From Candidatus Avispirillum sp. (GTDB taxonomy: Bacteria; Bacillota; Clostridia; Oscillospirales; CAG-272), in contig JBJDYY010000210.1 in the NCBI GenBank assembly GCA_051867715.1, positions 1 through 37,169 of the forward strand: 37,169 nucleotides of DNA, in the 5' to 3' direction. The notes beneath the pieces were generated by a model. That model searched no databases, had not been told where the DNA came from, and saw nothing but the letters and a program-made list of their open reading frames with translations. Positions within the stretch are counted from its first letter, which is position 1. Every line of letters starts with the position of its first letter. Both the position numbers and the translations under genes were made by a program. Below are positions 8,198 to 18,204 of this stretch, piece by piece.

Positions 8198-9391
8198 ATG
8201 ACAGATTACAAAGCAAAAACCGCCGCGGTGCTGGGCTCAACCGGCTCCGTGGGCAGACAGGCAATAGACGCGCTTACGGCTCTCGGCGTCCGAATAAGCC
8301 TTCTCTGCGCGGGAAACAATATTGAGCTGCTGCTGAGACAAATCGGCGAGCTTCACCCCGACGCCGTAGCCGTTCCAAGCGAGGAAAACGGCAAAAAGCT
8401 GCGGGAAATGACGGGCGGCAGCATTCGCATATACAGCGGAGACGGCGCCGTGTGCCAAGCAGTAAGAGAATGCGAAGCGGACATTATAGTCCACGCCATA
8501 TCCGGACTTGCAGGGCTTCCCTCCGCGCTTGCAGCAGCCGAGACCGGTGCCCGTATCGCCATGGCAAATAAAGAAGCGCTCATCAGCGCGGGACATCTTA
8601 TATACGGGCGTCTTGCCGTCTCCGGCGGAGAGCTTATCCCCGTAGACAGCGAGCACAGCGCCATATTCCAGTGTCTGTGCGCCCAGGGAGCCGCGTCTCC
8701 CAAAGCTCCCGCCGACCCCACATATGTGCGGCGCATACTGCTGACCGCCTCCGGCGGACCTTTTTTCGGCAAAAGCCGAAAAGAACTTGAAGCGGTAACC
8801 CCCGCTCAGGCGCTTGCCCACCCCACCTGGAAGATGGGCAAAAAAATCACCGTCGACTGCGCTACCCTTATGAACAAAGGCTTTGAGCTTATCGAAGCGT
8901 GCCGACTTTTCGGCGTCACCCCCGAAAAAGTTGAGGTGCTTGTACACCGCCAAAGCATAATTCATTCCATGGTGGAATATACTGACGGGGCAGTAATTGC
9001 GGAAATGTCCTATCCCGATATGCGGGACTGCGTGCGCTACGCCCTGACTTATCCGGAGCGCGCCCCCTTCGGCGGCGAGCCTCTGGATTTCACCGCCGTG
9101 GGAGAGCTGACCTTCCATAAACCCGATACAGAGGCGTTTCCCCTGCTTCGTGCCGCCTGCGACGCGTGGTATCGGGGAGGCACGGCGCCCGCGGCGCTGA
9201 TAGCCGCCGACGAGGAGGCTGTGGAAGCCTTCCTTTGCGGCAGACTTTCCTTTAACGGCATTTCCGACGCGGTAATTGCCGCAATGGACAAAATCACCGT
9301 TACCCCTGCCGACAGCGCGGAAGCGATTTTCGCCGCCGAAGCCGCGGCAAGAGATGCCGCGCAGAAAGAAATCAGACGGCTCAGCCTGTAA
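8198..9391 (+). CDS. dxr: 1-deoxy-D-xylulose 5-phosphate reductoisomerase
   Basis: Motifs VLGSTGSVG (NADPH binding), LTASGGPF and HPTWKMGKKITVDCATLMNKG. The start is set at ATG 8198 (MTDYKAK...) rather than the track start 8120, giving 397 aa. Confidence 0.93.
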   Translation: MTDYKAKTAAVLGSTGSVGRQAIDALTALGVRISLLCAGNNIELLLRQIGELHPDAVAVPSEENGKKLREMTGGSIRIYSGDGAVCQAVRECEADIIVHAISGLAGLPSALAAAETGARIAMANKEALISAGHLIYGRLAVSGGELIPVDSEHSAIFQCLCAQGAASPKAPADPTYVRRILLTASGGPFFGKSRKELEAVTPAQALAHPTWKMGKKITVDCATLMNKGFELIEACRLFGVTPEKVEVLVHRQSIIHSMVEYTDGAVIAEMSYPDMRDCVRYALTYPERAPFGGEPLDFTAVGELTFHKPDTEAFPLLRAACDAWYRGGTAPAALIAADEEAVEAFLCGRLSFNGISDAVIAAMDKITVTPADSAEAIFAAEAAARDAAQKEIRRLSL

Positions 9392-9437
9392 ATCACACGG
9401 CGCACCCGTAAATTTACGAAATAAAGCGAGGATTCTT

Positions 9438-10475
9438 ATGCCGACCGCAGTATACATTATTATAGCAATCCTTATATTCGGACTTCTTATATTCATACAC
9501 GAGGGCGGGCACTTCCTGTTTGCGCGTCTTTTCAAAGTGACGGTAAACGAGTTTTCCATCGGTATGGGTCCGAAGCTTGTATCAAAAAAATCAAAGAAAA
9601 GCGGAATATCCTATTCTCTGCGCGCCTTTCCCATCGGCGGTTTTGTAAGTATGGCGGGCGAGGACGAGGAAAGCGACGACCCCAACGCACTTAATAAAAA
9701 GCCCGTGTGGCAGCGTATGATAATCGTGGCTGCGGGAGGAGTCGTCAATCTTGTTGCCGGCATCCTTGTTATGTTCATTCTTGTTTTTTCCTCAACAAGC
9801 ATGGGACTCGGCTCCACCACCGTTGCCGAATTCAGGGACAGCGCCCTGTCTCAGGACTGCGGACTCAAAGCCGGCGACACCATAGTCGAGGTTGAAGGCA
9901 GAAATGTCCACATCGCAGACGAGCTTGTTTATGAAATAATGAGGCTGGGCATCGAGCCTGTGGACCTGACCGTTGTGCGCGACGGCGAAAAGACAGTTAT
10001 CGAGGATGTGGAGTTTCCCCAAATATCCGAGCAGGGCCTGGCATTCGGCGACGCGGATTTCTACGTCTACGGGCAGGAGCGCACCTTTACAAACCTTGTT
10101 AAACACTCCTTTTACCGCTCAACCTATACGGTGCGTATGATATGGGAATCCCTGTACGATCTGGTTACGGGAAGGTACGGAATCGAAGCGGTTTCCGGCC
10201 CCGTGGGAGTCACGGAGGCGCTGACACAAGCGGCGCAGACGGGATCGTATAACTTCATATACCTTGTAGTAGTCATAAGCATGAATTTAGGAGTCATGAA
10301 TCTTTTGCCCCTGCCCGCTCTTGACGGCGGACGGCTTGTGTTCCTCCTTATTGAAGCGGTGCGCCGCAAGCCCATAAACCCCAAGGTGGAGGGCGTAGTC
10401 CACACGGCAGGTCTTGCCCTGCTTATGCTTCTGATGATATTCATATGCGTAAAGGATGTAATAAAGCTGTTTTAG
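9438..10475 (+). CDS. rseP: RIP (site-2) zinc metalloprotease, RseP/RasP family
   Basis: HEGGH zinc motif in the first TM helix, a PDZ-like middle segment (GLKAGDTIVEVEG) and a C-terminal NLLPLPALDGG motif. The start is set at ATG 9438, giving 345 aa. Confidence 0.88.
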   Translation: MPTAVYIIIAILIFGLLIFIHEGGHFLFARLFKVTVNEFSIGMGPKLVSKKSKKSGISYSLRAFPIGGFVSMAGEDEESDDPNALNKKPVWQRMIIVAAGGVVNLVAGILVMFILVFSSTSMGLGSTTVAEFRDSALSQDCGLKAGDTIVEVEGRNVHIADELVYEIMRLGIEPVDLTVVRDGEKTVIEDVEFPQISEQGLAFGDADFYVYGQERTFTNLVKHSFYRSTYTVRMIWESLYDLVTGRYGIEAVSGPVGVTEALTQAAQTGSYNFIYLVVVISMNLGVMNLLPLPALDGGRLVFLLIEAVRRKPINPKVEGVVHTAGLALLMLLMIFICVKDVIKLF

Positions 10476-10539
10476 CACACTTGCGAAACAGCCAAAGCAC
10501 AGCTTAGCCACCCGAGCGTATTAAAGAAAGCGTGATTTT

Positions 10540-11622
10540 ATGGAAACCGTGAGAAGAATATCAAAAAAGATCCGTCTGAGAGACAGATACATCGGCGGCG
10601 GAGAGGATATAAGCGTCCAGTCCATGACCAACTGCCCCGCCCACGATTTTGAGGGAACGCTGAAGCAGGCACTGCGGCTTCAGGAAGCGGGCTGCGATAT
10701 TGTAAGAATGGCAGTTCCCGACGAGGACGCGGCACCCGTGTTCAAATACCTAAAGGACGGCGGAGTAAACATCCCCCTTGTTGCGGACATTCATTTTGAT
10801 TATAAACTTGCCCTTGCCTCCCTGAAAAGCGGCGCGGACAAAATAAGAATAAATCCCGGAAACATAGGAGATAGCCGGAAAGTTCGGGAAGTAGCCGACG
10901 CCTGCAAGGCGGCGGGAGTGCCCATACGCATCGGAGTAAACGGCGGAAGCCTTGATAAAAAGCTTTTGGAAAAGTACGGCTCTCCCACAGCGCAGGCGCT
11001 GGCGGAAAGCGCACTGACACAGGCGGAAATGCTTGAGGATATGGGCTTTTCCGACATAGTTATATCCATAAAATCATCCCGTATCGCCACCGCCTGCGAG
11101 GCGGCGCGTATAGTTGCCGCCGACAGCGAATACCCCCTGCATCTGGGCGTGACGGAGGCGGGCACTGAATACTCCGGCATTATAAAAAACGCCATCGGCA
11201 TCGGCAGCCTGCTGTGCGACGGCATCGGGGACACCCTGCGCGTTTCCCTGACCGCCGACCCCGTGCGCGAGGTTACGGCGGGAAAAGAAATACTGAAAAG
11301 TCTGGGACTTCTTCGCGGCGGCATTAACATTATCTCCTGCCCCACCTGCGGCAGAACAGCCATAGACCTTATTTCAATTGCTGACGAGTTCAGGCGGCGC
11401 AGCGCCTCCCTTGATACGGGAAACAAAAAAATATGCGTGGCAGTTATGGGCTGCGCGGTCAACGGCCCCGGAGAAGCCAGGGAAGCCGACATAGGCATTG
11501 CCGGAGGAGACGGCTTTGCCCTGCTGTTCAGGAACGGCGAAACCGTCTGCCGCATTGAGGAAGATCGTGCGGTAGATGTACTTATAGAAGAAACTAAAAA
11601 ACTTATAGCTGAAAAAGAGTAA
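10540..11622 (+). CDS. ispG: 4-hydroxy-3-methylbut-2-en-1-yl diphosphate synthase (flavodoxin/ferredoxin type)
   Basis: 360 aa, GcpE family. It has the TIM-barrel part (VQSMTN, RINPGNIG) and Fe-S cysteines in SCPTCGR and GCAVNGPGE. Confidence 0.93.
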   Translation: METVRRISKKIRLRDRYIGGGEDISVQSMTNCPAHDFEGTLKQALRLQEAGCDIVRMAVPDEDAAPVFKYLKDGGVNIPLVADIHFDYKLALASLKSGADKIRINPGNIGDSRKVREVADACKAAGVPIRIGVNGGSLDKKLLEKYGSPTAQALAESALTQAEMLEDMGFSDIVISIKSSRIATACEAARIVAADSEYPLHLGVTEAGTEYSGIIKNAIGIGSLLCDGIGDTLRVSLTADPVREVTAGKEILKSLGLLRGGINIISCPTCGRTAIDLISIADEFRRRSASLDTGNKKICVAVMGCAVNGPGEAREADIGIAGGDGFALLFRNGETVCRIEEDRAVDVLIEETKKLIAEKE

Positions 11623-11668
11623 TCGAAAAAAGCCGAAAATAATCGGAAACATAAAGGAGTTGCGGCGT

Positions 11669-14600
11669 ATGGCAGACACAAAAACACTGAAAACAATATT
11701 TTCACGCTTTACGCCGGACACCGAGTCCGCAAGACGGATTTTTGAGAATTCAAATGACGTCCGCATTACCGGAGACCGGGAAAAGAAAATGTACGAGGTG
11801 CATTTCACCCTTCCCTCCCTTGAAACAAAAAAAGCGCTTTACGAGCTTGAAGACAGACTTGCCGTCTGCTACGATCTTACATATATTAGGCTTTTGCCGA
11901 AATACCCATCCGAGCTTTTCAGCCTTGATTATATGGGCGAAGTCTATAAAGAAGCAAAGCGCGTAGGCGCCGTTACAAACGGATTTTTCGACAATTGCAA
12001 AACAAGTATAGAGGACGGCGTTATCACCGTATCCGTTCCCTTTTCAAAAGGCGGAGTTGAACTGCTTGATCTGGGGCGTGCGGGAGAAATAATATCAGGA
12101 ATAATCAGAAGCGAATTCGGGCTTAACTACGAAACTGTTATCGAGCAAAGCGACGATTACGAAAAAAGCTACTTGGAGTATCTTGAAAGACAGGCGCAGT
12201 ATCTGAAGAATTACAGCGACGACGCCATAGCTTACAAGCGCCGCGCCGAAGAGGAGCAGGCTAAAAAGGAAGCCGAAGCAAAAGCCGCCGAGGAGGCTGC
12301 ACCCGTACTTACCCGTGTTGCGTCCGTTTTCAGCGGCAGCGACACCGTCATCGAAATTGAGGGCGGCATATATAAAAGCGGTCCCATGACCTTTGACACC
12401 AACGGCGCCGAGCTTATATGGGGCGACGGCTTTGAAGCGGACGACCCCACGGCTTTGCGCAGCATAAACAGAGCCATGAAAAGCTGCGTAGCCCTCGGTC
12501 AGATATTCGAGGCAAGCGCTTCTGAGGTGCGCGGCAGCGATAAAATGTCCGTAACGGTAGGCATAACTGACAAGGACTCCTCCGTATTTCTCAAAGCTCT
12601 TATGGGAGCCGAGGAATCCGAAGGCTTTGTAAAAAGCATGAAAAGCGGCATGTGCATTGCCGCAATCGGAAATGTGCGCCAGGACAAGTTCGGCGAGTTC
12701 AACATAAATCCCAAGGGTATTAAAAAGATAAAGCCTGTTATCCGCAAAGACTGCGCCGAAACAAAGCGCGTTGAGCTTCATCTGCATACAAATCTTTCCT
12801 CTATGGACGCCATTCCGAAGCCTGAGGATGTGGTAAAGCGTGCGGCGGCATGGGGACAAAAGGCCGTTGCAATCACCGACCACGGAAATGTTCAGGGCTT
12901 TCCCACGGCAATGCTTGCCGCCGAAAAACTGGGCGACGATTTCAAGGTAATATACGGCATAGAAGCATATTTTGTGGACGATACACAGCGAGCCGTTTTC
13001 GGAAGCACCGATGTGGGCTTTGACGACGAGCTTATAGTTTTCGATATTGAAACCACAGGTCTTTCCGTGCAGAACTGCGCCATTACGGAAATCGGCGCAG
13101 TAAAGGTGCGTGCGGGAGAGGTGCTGGACGAATTCAATATGATGACCGACCCCGGTCAGCCTATCCCCGAAAAGATAACGGAGCTTACGGGCATTACCGA
13201 CGATATGGTAAAGGGTCAGCCGGACAATGCCGCAGCCGTGCGCGCCTTTCTGGATTTCTGCGGCGGCAGACTGCTTATTGCCCATAACGCCGACTTTGAC
13301 ACAAGCTTTATAAGAAAAGTTTCGTCGGAGGCGGGAATAGAATTCCCCAATTCCTATCTTGACACGGTTTCAATGTCCAGATATGTAAATCCCGAGCTTA
13401 AAAAGCACAAGCTTGATGTGCTTGCGGAGTACTTCGGTCTGGGTGATTTCAACCATCACCGCGCCTCGGACGACGCAAAAATGCTTGCGGAGATTTTTTA
13501 CAAAATGACCGACAAGCTGCGTGACGAGGGCATCACCGATTTTACCCAGCTTACGGAGGCAATGAGTCAGAACGCCGACCCACTGAAGCTGCGCACATAC
13601 CATCAGGTCATCCTTGCCAAAAACAAGGCGGGACTGAAAAATTTGTATAAGCTCATTTCCGATTCTTACCTTACTTATTACAAACGCAACCCCCGCATAC
13701 CCAAAACGCGGCTGAAGGAGCTGCGTGAGGGACTTATAATCGGCTCTGCCTGCGAAGCGGGAGAGCTGTACCGGGCGATTATGGACAACAAGCCCGAAAG
13801 CGAAGTAGAGGAAATAGCGTCATTCTACGACTACCTTGAAATCCAGCCTATTGCCAACAACAGGTTTATGATTGCCGAAGGACAGGTTCCGGACGAGGAA
13901 GCTCTGCGGGATTTGAACCGCCGCATCGTAGCACTTGGAGAAAAGCTCGGCAAGCCTGTCTGCGCCACCTGCGACGCCCACTATATCGACCCCGAGGACG
14001 AAATATACCGCCGCATTCTGCTGACAGGTATGAAATTCAAGGACGCCGACAGACCCACCGAGCTGTATATGCGCACCACGGAGGAAATGCTTGAGGAATT
14101 TTCCTATCTGGGAGAGGAAAAAGCCTACGAGGTAGTTGTCACAAATACAAATCTCATTGCGGACAGCATTGAGAAGATACGCCCCATACCGGAGGGCAAC
14201 TATCCGCCCAATATACCGGGAAGCGAGCAGGAGCTTACGGAAAAATGCCACAACACCGCAAAGGAAATGTTCGGCGATCCCCTGCCCGTTGAGGTATCCT
14301 CAAGACTTGAGAGAGAGCTTGACTCCATTATAAAGAACGGCTTTGCCGTTTTGTATATAATCGCCCGCCGACTGGTGGATAAAAGCGAGGAATGGGGTTA
14401 TCAGGTAGGCAGCCGAGGCAGCGTGGGCTCCTCCTTTGCCGCCATGATGGCGGGTATAACAAAGGTAAATTCCCTGCCGCCTCATTACCGCTGCCTTAAA
14501 TGCAAGCATTCCGAATTTATAACCGACGGCAGCGTCAAATCAGGCTTTGACCTGGAGCCGAAAGACTGCCCCTGCTGCGGCGAGCCAAATATGCACAGAG

Positions 14601-16081
14601 ACGGTCACGATATCCCCTTTGAGACCTTTCTGGGCTTCTACGGCGACAAGGTGCCTGATATAGACCTTAACTTCTCGGGCGATGTCCAGGGCAATATACA
14701 TAAATACACGGAAACCCTGTTCGGCAAGGGCCACGCTTTCCGTGCGGGAACCATAGGCACCCTTGCGGATAAGACCGCTTTCGGCTATGTGGCAAAGTAT
14801 CTGGAGGGCAAGGGAATATCCGTGTGCCGCGCAGAGGTTGAGCGGCTTATCTCCGGCTGCGTGGGTATCAAGCGTACCACGGGACAGCATCCGGGCGGAA
14901 TAATCGTCGTTCCCAGCGAATACGAGGTATACGATTTCTGTCCCGTACAGCATCCCGCCGACGACCCCAACTCCGACACAATCACCACCCACTTTGAGTT
15001 CAAATATCTCCACGACACCATACTGAAGCTTGACGAGCTGGGACACGATATTCCCACCAAGTACAAGCGTATGGAGGAGTATACAAACACAAACGTGCTG
15101 GATTGCGACCTCAGCGACAGAAAGATATATCAGCTTTTCACCTCCCCCGCCCCATTGGGAGTGACTCAGGAGGATCTTCTGGGAGTTGATACGGGCACGC
15201 TGGGACTGCCGGAGATGAACACGAAATTCGTGCGCGGCGTGCTTATACAGGCACAGCCCAAAACATTTTCAGACCTTCTGCAGATTTCGGGACTTACTCA
15301 CGGCACGGGAGTGTGGCTCGGCAACGCCGACGAGCTTATTAAAGGCGGCGTATGCACCATTTCCGACGTTATCGGATGCCGCGACGATATAATGCTGTAC
15401 CTTATTCACAATCACCATATGGACAAGGCAATGTCCTTTAAGATAATGGAGGATGTGCGAAAGGGACGGGGTCTGAAGCCTGAATACGAGGAGGCAATGA
15501 TCGCCGCGGGAGTCCCCGATTGGTATATCGACTCCTGCAAAAAGATAAAATACATGTTCCCGAAGGCTCACGCCGCCGCCTATGTTATTGACGCTCTGCG
15601 CCTCGGGTGGTATAAGATATACTATCCGAAAGAATTCTACGCCGCATACTTTACCGCCGCTCCCGGCGGAGTTGAAGCGGAAACGGTGTCAGGCGGCAGA
15701 CAGTCCATCAAGCACAAAATGGAAGAAATAACCGCCATGGGTAAGGACGCCACGGCAAAGGACAAGGAAACCTTTAGCGCGCTTCAGCTTTGTAACGAAG
15801 CCGTTGCAAGGGGCATAAGATTTCTGCCGGTTGATCTGCACAAATCCCACGCGGTGAAATTCCTCCCCGAGGAGGGCGGTATACGGCTTCCCTTTGCCTC
15901 TATCGGAGGTCTGGGAGAAAGCGCCGCACAGAATATTATGGCGGCAAGGGACTCCGAAGATATTTTCTCCGTGGAAGACCTGAAAATAGCGGGCAAGCTT
16001 TCCAAATCCGTCATTGAGCTTCTGAGCCAGAACCATGTGCTTGACGGTATGTCGGAAACAAACCAGCTTTCGATTTTCTGA
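11669..16081 (+). CDS. polC: DNA polymerase III alpha subunit, PolC type
   Basis: 1470 aa. PHP motif HLHTNLSSMDA; inserted DEDDh exonuclease (VFDIETTGL, HNADFD, HRASDDA); zinc finger CLKCKH...CPCCG; palm motif PDIDLNF. AGGAG lies 9 nt upstream of ATG 11669, whereas the track start 11660 is a TTG. Confidence 0.95.
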   Translation: MADTKTLKTIFSRFTPDTESARRIFENSNDVRITGDREKKMYEVHFTLPSLETKKALYELEDRLAVCYDLTYIRLLPKYPSELFSLDYMGEVYKEAKRVGAVTNGFFDNCKTSIEDGVITVSVPFSKGGVELLDLGRAGEIISGIIRSEFGLNYETVIEQSDDYEKSYLEYLERQAQYLKNYSDDAIAYKRRAEEEQAKKEAEAKAAEEAAPVLTRVASVFSGSDTVIEIEGGIYKSGPMTFDTNGAELIWGDGFEADDPTALRSINRAMKSCVALGQIFEASASEVRGSDKMSVTVGITDKDSSVFLKALMGAEESEGFVKSMKSGMCIAAIGNVRQDKFGEFNINPKGIKKIKPVIRKDCAETKRVELHLHTNLSSMDAIPKPEDVVKRAAAWGQKAVAITDHGNVQGFPTAMLAAEKLGDDFKVIYGIEAYFVDDTQRAVFGSTDVGFDDELIVFDIETTGLSVQNCAITEIGAVKVRAGEVLDEFNMMTDPGQPIPEKITELTGITDDMVKGQPDNAAAVRAFLDFCGGRLLIAHNADFDTSFIRKVSSEAGIEFPNSYLDTVSMSRYVNPELKKHKLDVLAEYFGLGDFNHHRASDDAKMLAEIFYKMTDKLRDEGITDFTQLTEAMSQNADPLKLRTYHQVILAKNKAGLKNLYKLISDSYLTYYKRNPRIPKTRLKELREGLIIGSACEAGELYRAIMDNKPESEVEEIASFYDYLEIQPIANNRFMIAEGQVPDEEALRDLNRRIVALGEKLGKPVCATCDAHYIDPEDEIYRRILLTGMKFKDADRPTELYMRTTEEMLEEFSYLGEEKAYEVVVTNTNLIADSIEKIRPIPEGNYPPNIPGSEQELTEKCHNTAKEMFGDPLPVEVSSRLERELDSIIKNGFAVLYIIARRLVDKSEEWGYQVGSRGSVGSSFAAMMAGITKVNSLPPHYRCLKCKHSEFITDGSVKSGFDLEPKDCPCCGEPNMHRDGHDIPFETFLGFYGDKVPDIDLNFSGDVQGNIHKYTETLFGKGHAFRAGTIGTLADKTAFGYVAKYLEGKGISVCRAEVERLISGCVGIKRTTGQHPGGIIVVPSEYEVYDFCPVQHPADDPNSDTITTHFEFKYLHDTILKLDELGHDIPTKYKRMEEYTNTNVLDCDLSDRKIYQLFTSPAPLGVTQEDLLGVDTGTLGLPEMNTKFVRGVLIQAQPKTFSDLLQISGLTHGTGVWLGNADELIKGGVCTISDVIGCRDDIMLYLIHNHHMDKAMSFKIMEDVRKGRGLKPEYEEAMIAAGVPDWYIDSCKKIKYMFPKAHAAAYVIDALRLGWYKIYYPKEFYAAYFTAAPGGVEAETVSGGRQSIKHKMEEITAMGKDATAKDKETFSALQLCNEAVARGIRFLPVDLHKSHAVKFLPEEGGIRLPFASIGGLGESAAQNIMAARDSEDIFSVEDLKIAGKLSKSVIELLSQNHVLDGMSETNQLSIF

Positions 16082-16175
16082 TTTTCCCGACTTTTCATCA
16101 TCTCACCCTTGCACCTCATATTATAATTCAAATCACTTTTTCACGGCGGGACAGCAAAAACAGAAAGGATATTAT

Positions 16176-16826
16176 ATGGCACAAGACATTGTACTTTTCG
16201 ACCTTGACGGCACACTTACGGATCCCGGCGTGGGCATAACCTCTTCGGTGCAGTATGCTCTCAAAGCCTACGGCATTGAAGTAAAGGATCGCACAACTCT
16301 GAACTGTTTTATCGGTCCGCCCCTTACGGAGTCCTTTACAAAATATTTCGGTTTTTCCGACAGCGACGCCCTTTGCGCCGTGGATAAATACAGAGAGTAC
16401 TACCGTGACAGAGGAATATTCGAAAATGTGCTGTACGGCGGAGTCCCCGAAATGCTTGAAGAGCTGAAACACCGCAAAATGACCGTAGTTATGGCTACCT
16501 CAAAGCCCGAATGCTTTGCAAAGCAGATAGCGGAGCATTTCAATATCGAAAAATACTTTGACTCTATTACGGGCAGCGAGCTTGACGGACGGCGGGTAGA
16601 CAAGGCGGAGGTCATTGAATACGCCCTTGAAAGAATTGACTGCCCCGACAGAAGCCGCTGCGTTATGGTAGGCGACAGAATGCACGATATTATCGGTGCA
16701 AAAAAGACGGGGCTTGCAAGCATCGGCGTGCTGTACGGCTACGGCTCAAAAGCGGAGCTTCTTGACAGCGGCGCCGACAGAATTGCCGAAAGCGTAGAAG
16801 AACTTCTCCGTATGCTGACCGAGTGA
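16176..16826 (+). CDS. HAD-IA family hydrolase (phosphoglycolate phosphatase-like)
   Basis: DLDGTLTD motif I at the N-terminus, a TSK motif and VGDRMHDIIGA motif IV. The start is set at ATG 16176, giving 216 aa. Confidence 0.8.
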   Translation: MAQDIVLFDLDGTLTDPGVGITSSVQYALKAYGIEVKDRTTLNCFIGPPLTESFTKYFGFSDSDALCAVDKYREYYRDRGIFENVLYGGVPEMLEELKHRKMTVVMATSKPECFAKQIAEHFNIEKYFDSITGSELDGRRVDKAEVIEYALERIDCPDRSRCVMVGDRMHDIIGAKKTGLASIGVLYGYGSKAELLDSGADRIAESVEELLRMLTE

Positions 16827-16912
16827 GTCTTTGTCCTTTTCATAATCTGCTCATAGTCCGCCGGAATTCGGGCATAATATGAACGGACAAAAGCGAAAGG
16901 ACAAGAGTTCAA

Positions 16913-17134
16913 ATGGAAAGAAAAGCCGAAAACGATAAAAAGAAAAACGGCACCCGCAGCCCCATTGAGGACACGGTGAAAAACGAGGCGGTAAATCTCT
17001 ATCCCGACGGCGAAACGGACGAGGGCATACGCCCGCGGTGCAATCCCGAAAGCCTTGCAGGCGGAGAGTTTTCCACCTACCCCGCCGAAAACAAAAGCTT
17101 TGACGAGCCCTCCCGCAGGGACAGAAAAAACTGA
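16913..17134 (+). CDS. Hypothetical small charged protein (73 aa)
   Basis: This ORF fills the gap between the HAD gene and a strong terminator. It is K/E/D/R-rich, has only a weak AAAGGA upstream and matches no family I recognise, so coding status is uncertain. Confidence 0.3.
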   Translation: MERKAENDKKKNGTRSPIEDTVKNEAVNLYPDGETDEGIRPRCNPESLAGGEFSTYPAENKSFDEPSRRDRKN

Positions 17135-17157
17135 AAAAGCATTGCAGCATTTTAAAA

Positions 17158-17183
17158 CGCCCGCGCAAATAATTGCGCGGGCG
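17158..17183. terminator. Bidirectional intrinsic terminator
   Basis: CGCCCGCGCAA-ATAA-TTGCGCGGGCG (11-bp stem), with TTTAAAA on the left and CTTCTCTGTTTATTTT on the right. It sits between convergent genes. Confidence 0.7.
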
Positions 17184-17192
17184 CTTCTCTGT

Positions 17193-17696
17193 TTATTTTG
17201 TATATACGTCGGTTATCTCAACAACATACATTCTGTGATAGTCGCCTTTTGCATAATTGGCGTCTATGCTTTTGTCAAGCATACATTCGGGCTTTATGAG
17301 ATCCGTGTATATCTTTTTGCAGCACAGCACGGCGTCTGCTTCCTCAAAGGATGTAAGCCCCTCTCCGAGGCGTACGGGCACAAGTCCCGCCTTTGCTATC
17401 TTATCGCAGTCCCTGCCGCTGAGGGTGCCGCAAAGCTTCAGCGCCTCGCGCTCCCGTCCTCCGAAGAAAGTAAGTGTCAGCCTGTCGGACGCTTCTACAA
17501 ACTCGTAGGTATATCTCTGCGGACGGATGAATACATAGGCCACGGGTCTGCCCCACAGCACGCCCACACCGCCCCAGCTTGCGGTCATGGTATTGACCTT
17601 GCCGTCTGCCTCAGCGGTTACAAGCATCCAGTCGCTGCCTATCATTTTGAAGGTGTTGCCGGAAAGCTTTTCCGGCTCTGTTCTTCTGTATTCCAT
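17193..17696 (-). CDS. Flavin reductase-like (split-barrel FMN-binding) protein
   Basis: 167 aa from ATG 17696, with GGAGGA upstream. The segment FKMIGSDWMLVTAEADGKVNTMTASWGGVGVLWGRPVAYVFIRPQRYT is typical of flavin reductase domain proteins. Confidence 0.72.
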   Translation of the reverse strand: MEYRRTEPEKLSGNTFKMIGSDWMLVTAEADGKVNTMTASWGGVGVLWGRPVAYVFIRPQRYTYEFVEASDRLTLTFFGGREREALKLCGTLSGRDCDKIAKAGLVPVRLGEGLTSFEEADAVLCCKKIYTDLIKPECMLDKSIDANYAKGDYHRMYVVEITDVYTK

Positions 17697-17715
17697 TGCG
17701 CTTTCCTCCGTCACC

Positions 17716-18060
17716 TCAGAAGTTGGAGCCGTTCCAGCCCCAGTCAGTGTACTCGGAATAGGTAATATAAATACGGTCTGCGGGAATACCCAGCTCCTCA
17801 CTGAGCACGCCGCATACGGCGCCCGTCATTCTGTCGTACGCCTCTTTGTGAGCCTTTCCGAAGATTTTCACCTGAACGAATGCGGCGGGAGCATCGTTTT
17901 TACCTGCAAACCAAAGGCGGCAGTTGTCCGTAAACTCGCACATAAGCCAGTCTTCGGATTTTCCGGGGATAGCTTCCAGGGCGCGCGCCATTTTTTCTTT
18001 GAGCACAGCCTCCTTTTCGGGGGTGATGGCTACCGTGGTCTTTGTTCCGATGTAGGGCAT
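17716..18060 (-). CDS. MIF / phenylpyruvate tautomerase-family protein
   Basis: 114 aa starting MPYI (Pro-1 after Met removal). The C-terminus ADRIYITYSEYTDWGWNGSNF resembles the MIF C-terminus DRVYINYYDM..VGWNNSTF. SD spacing favours ATG 18060 over ATG 18066. Confidence 0.68.
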   Translation of the reverse strand: MPYIGTKTTVAITPEKEAVLKEKMARALEAIPGKSEDWLMCEFTDNCRLWFAGKNDAPAAFVQVKIFGKAHKEAYDRMTGAVCGVLSEELGIPADRIYITYSEYTDWGWNGSNF

Positions 18061-18126
18061 AAACATTACCTCTTTTCATAGTTTTTACAGTATTATTGTA
18101 TCCTAAACCGAGCAAAAAAGCAATAG

Positions 18127-18155
18127 TTGATTTTGCTTGTAAAAGGTGCTAAAAT
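18127..18155 (+). promoter_or_regulatory. Sigma-70-type promoter for the small Cys-rich gene
   Basis: TTGATT (18127-18132), a 17-nt spacer ending in TGc, then TAAAAT (18150-18155). Confidence 0.45.
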
Positions 18156-18204
18156 ATATAAAGAAGCAGGATTTTGACGCCTGTGTCAGGCGCGGCGAAA
18201 GGAA

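Noticed and set aside
8237-9559. 440-aa - strand ORF across dxr. Similar long antisense ORFs occur at 4944-5750, 10800-11705, 12095-13285, 18941-19876, 20713-21891, 32218-33456 and 33493-34266.
   Set aside because: All lie antisense to genes with strong, recognisable motifs. They have R/G/A/H-rich compositions with no domain signatures and no SD.
11669-16081. Intein or insertion in PolC
   Set aside because: The length (1470 aa) and the domain order (N-terminal domain, OB, PHP, exonuclease, PHP, zinc finger, palm, HhH) are standard for PolC. There is no extra block.
16828-16912. Long-range inverted repeat TTGTCCTTT / AAAGGACAA flanking the spacer after the HAD gene
   Set aside because: The 9-bp arms are ~60 nt apart with poor internal structure and no U-tract, so this may be coincidental. 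The right arm also doubles as the weak SD region of the doubtful 73-aa ORF.
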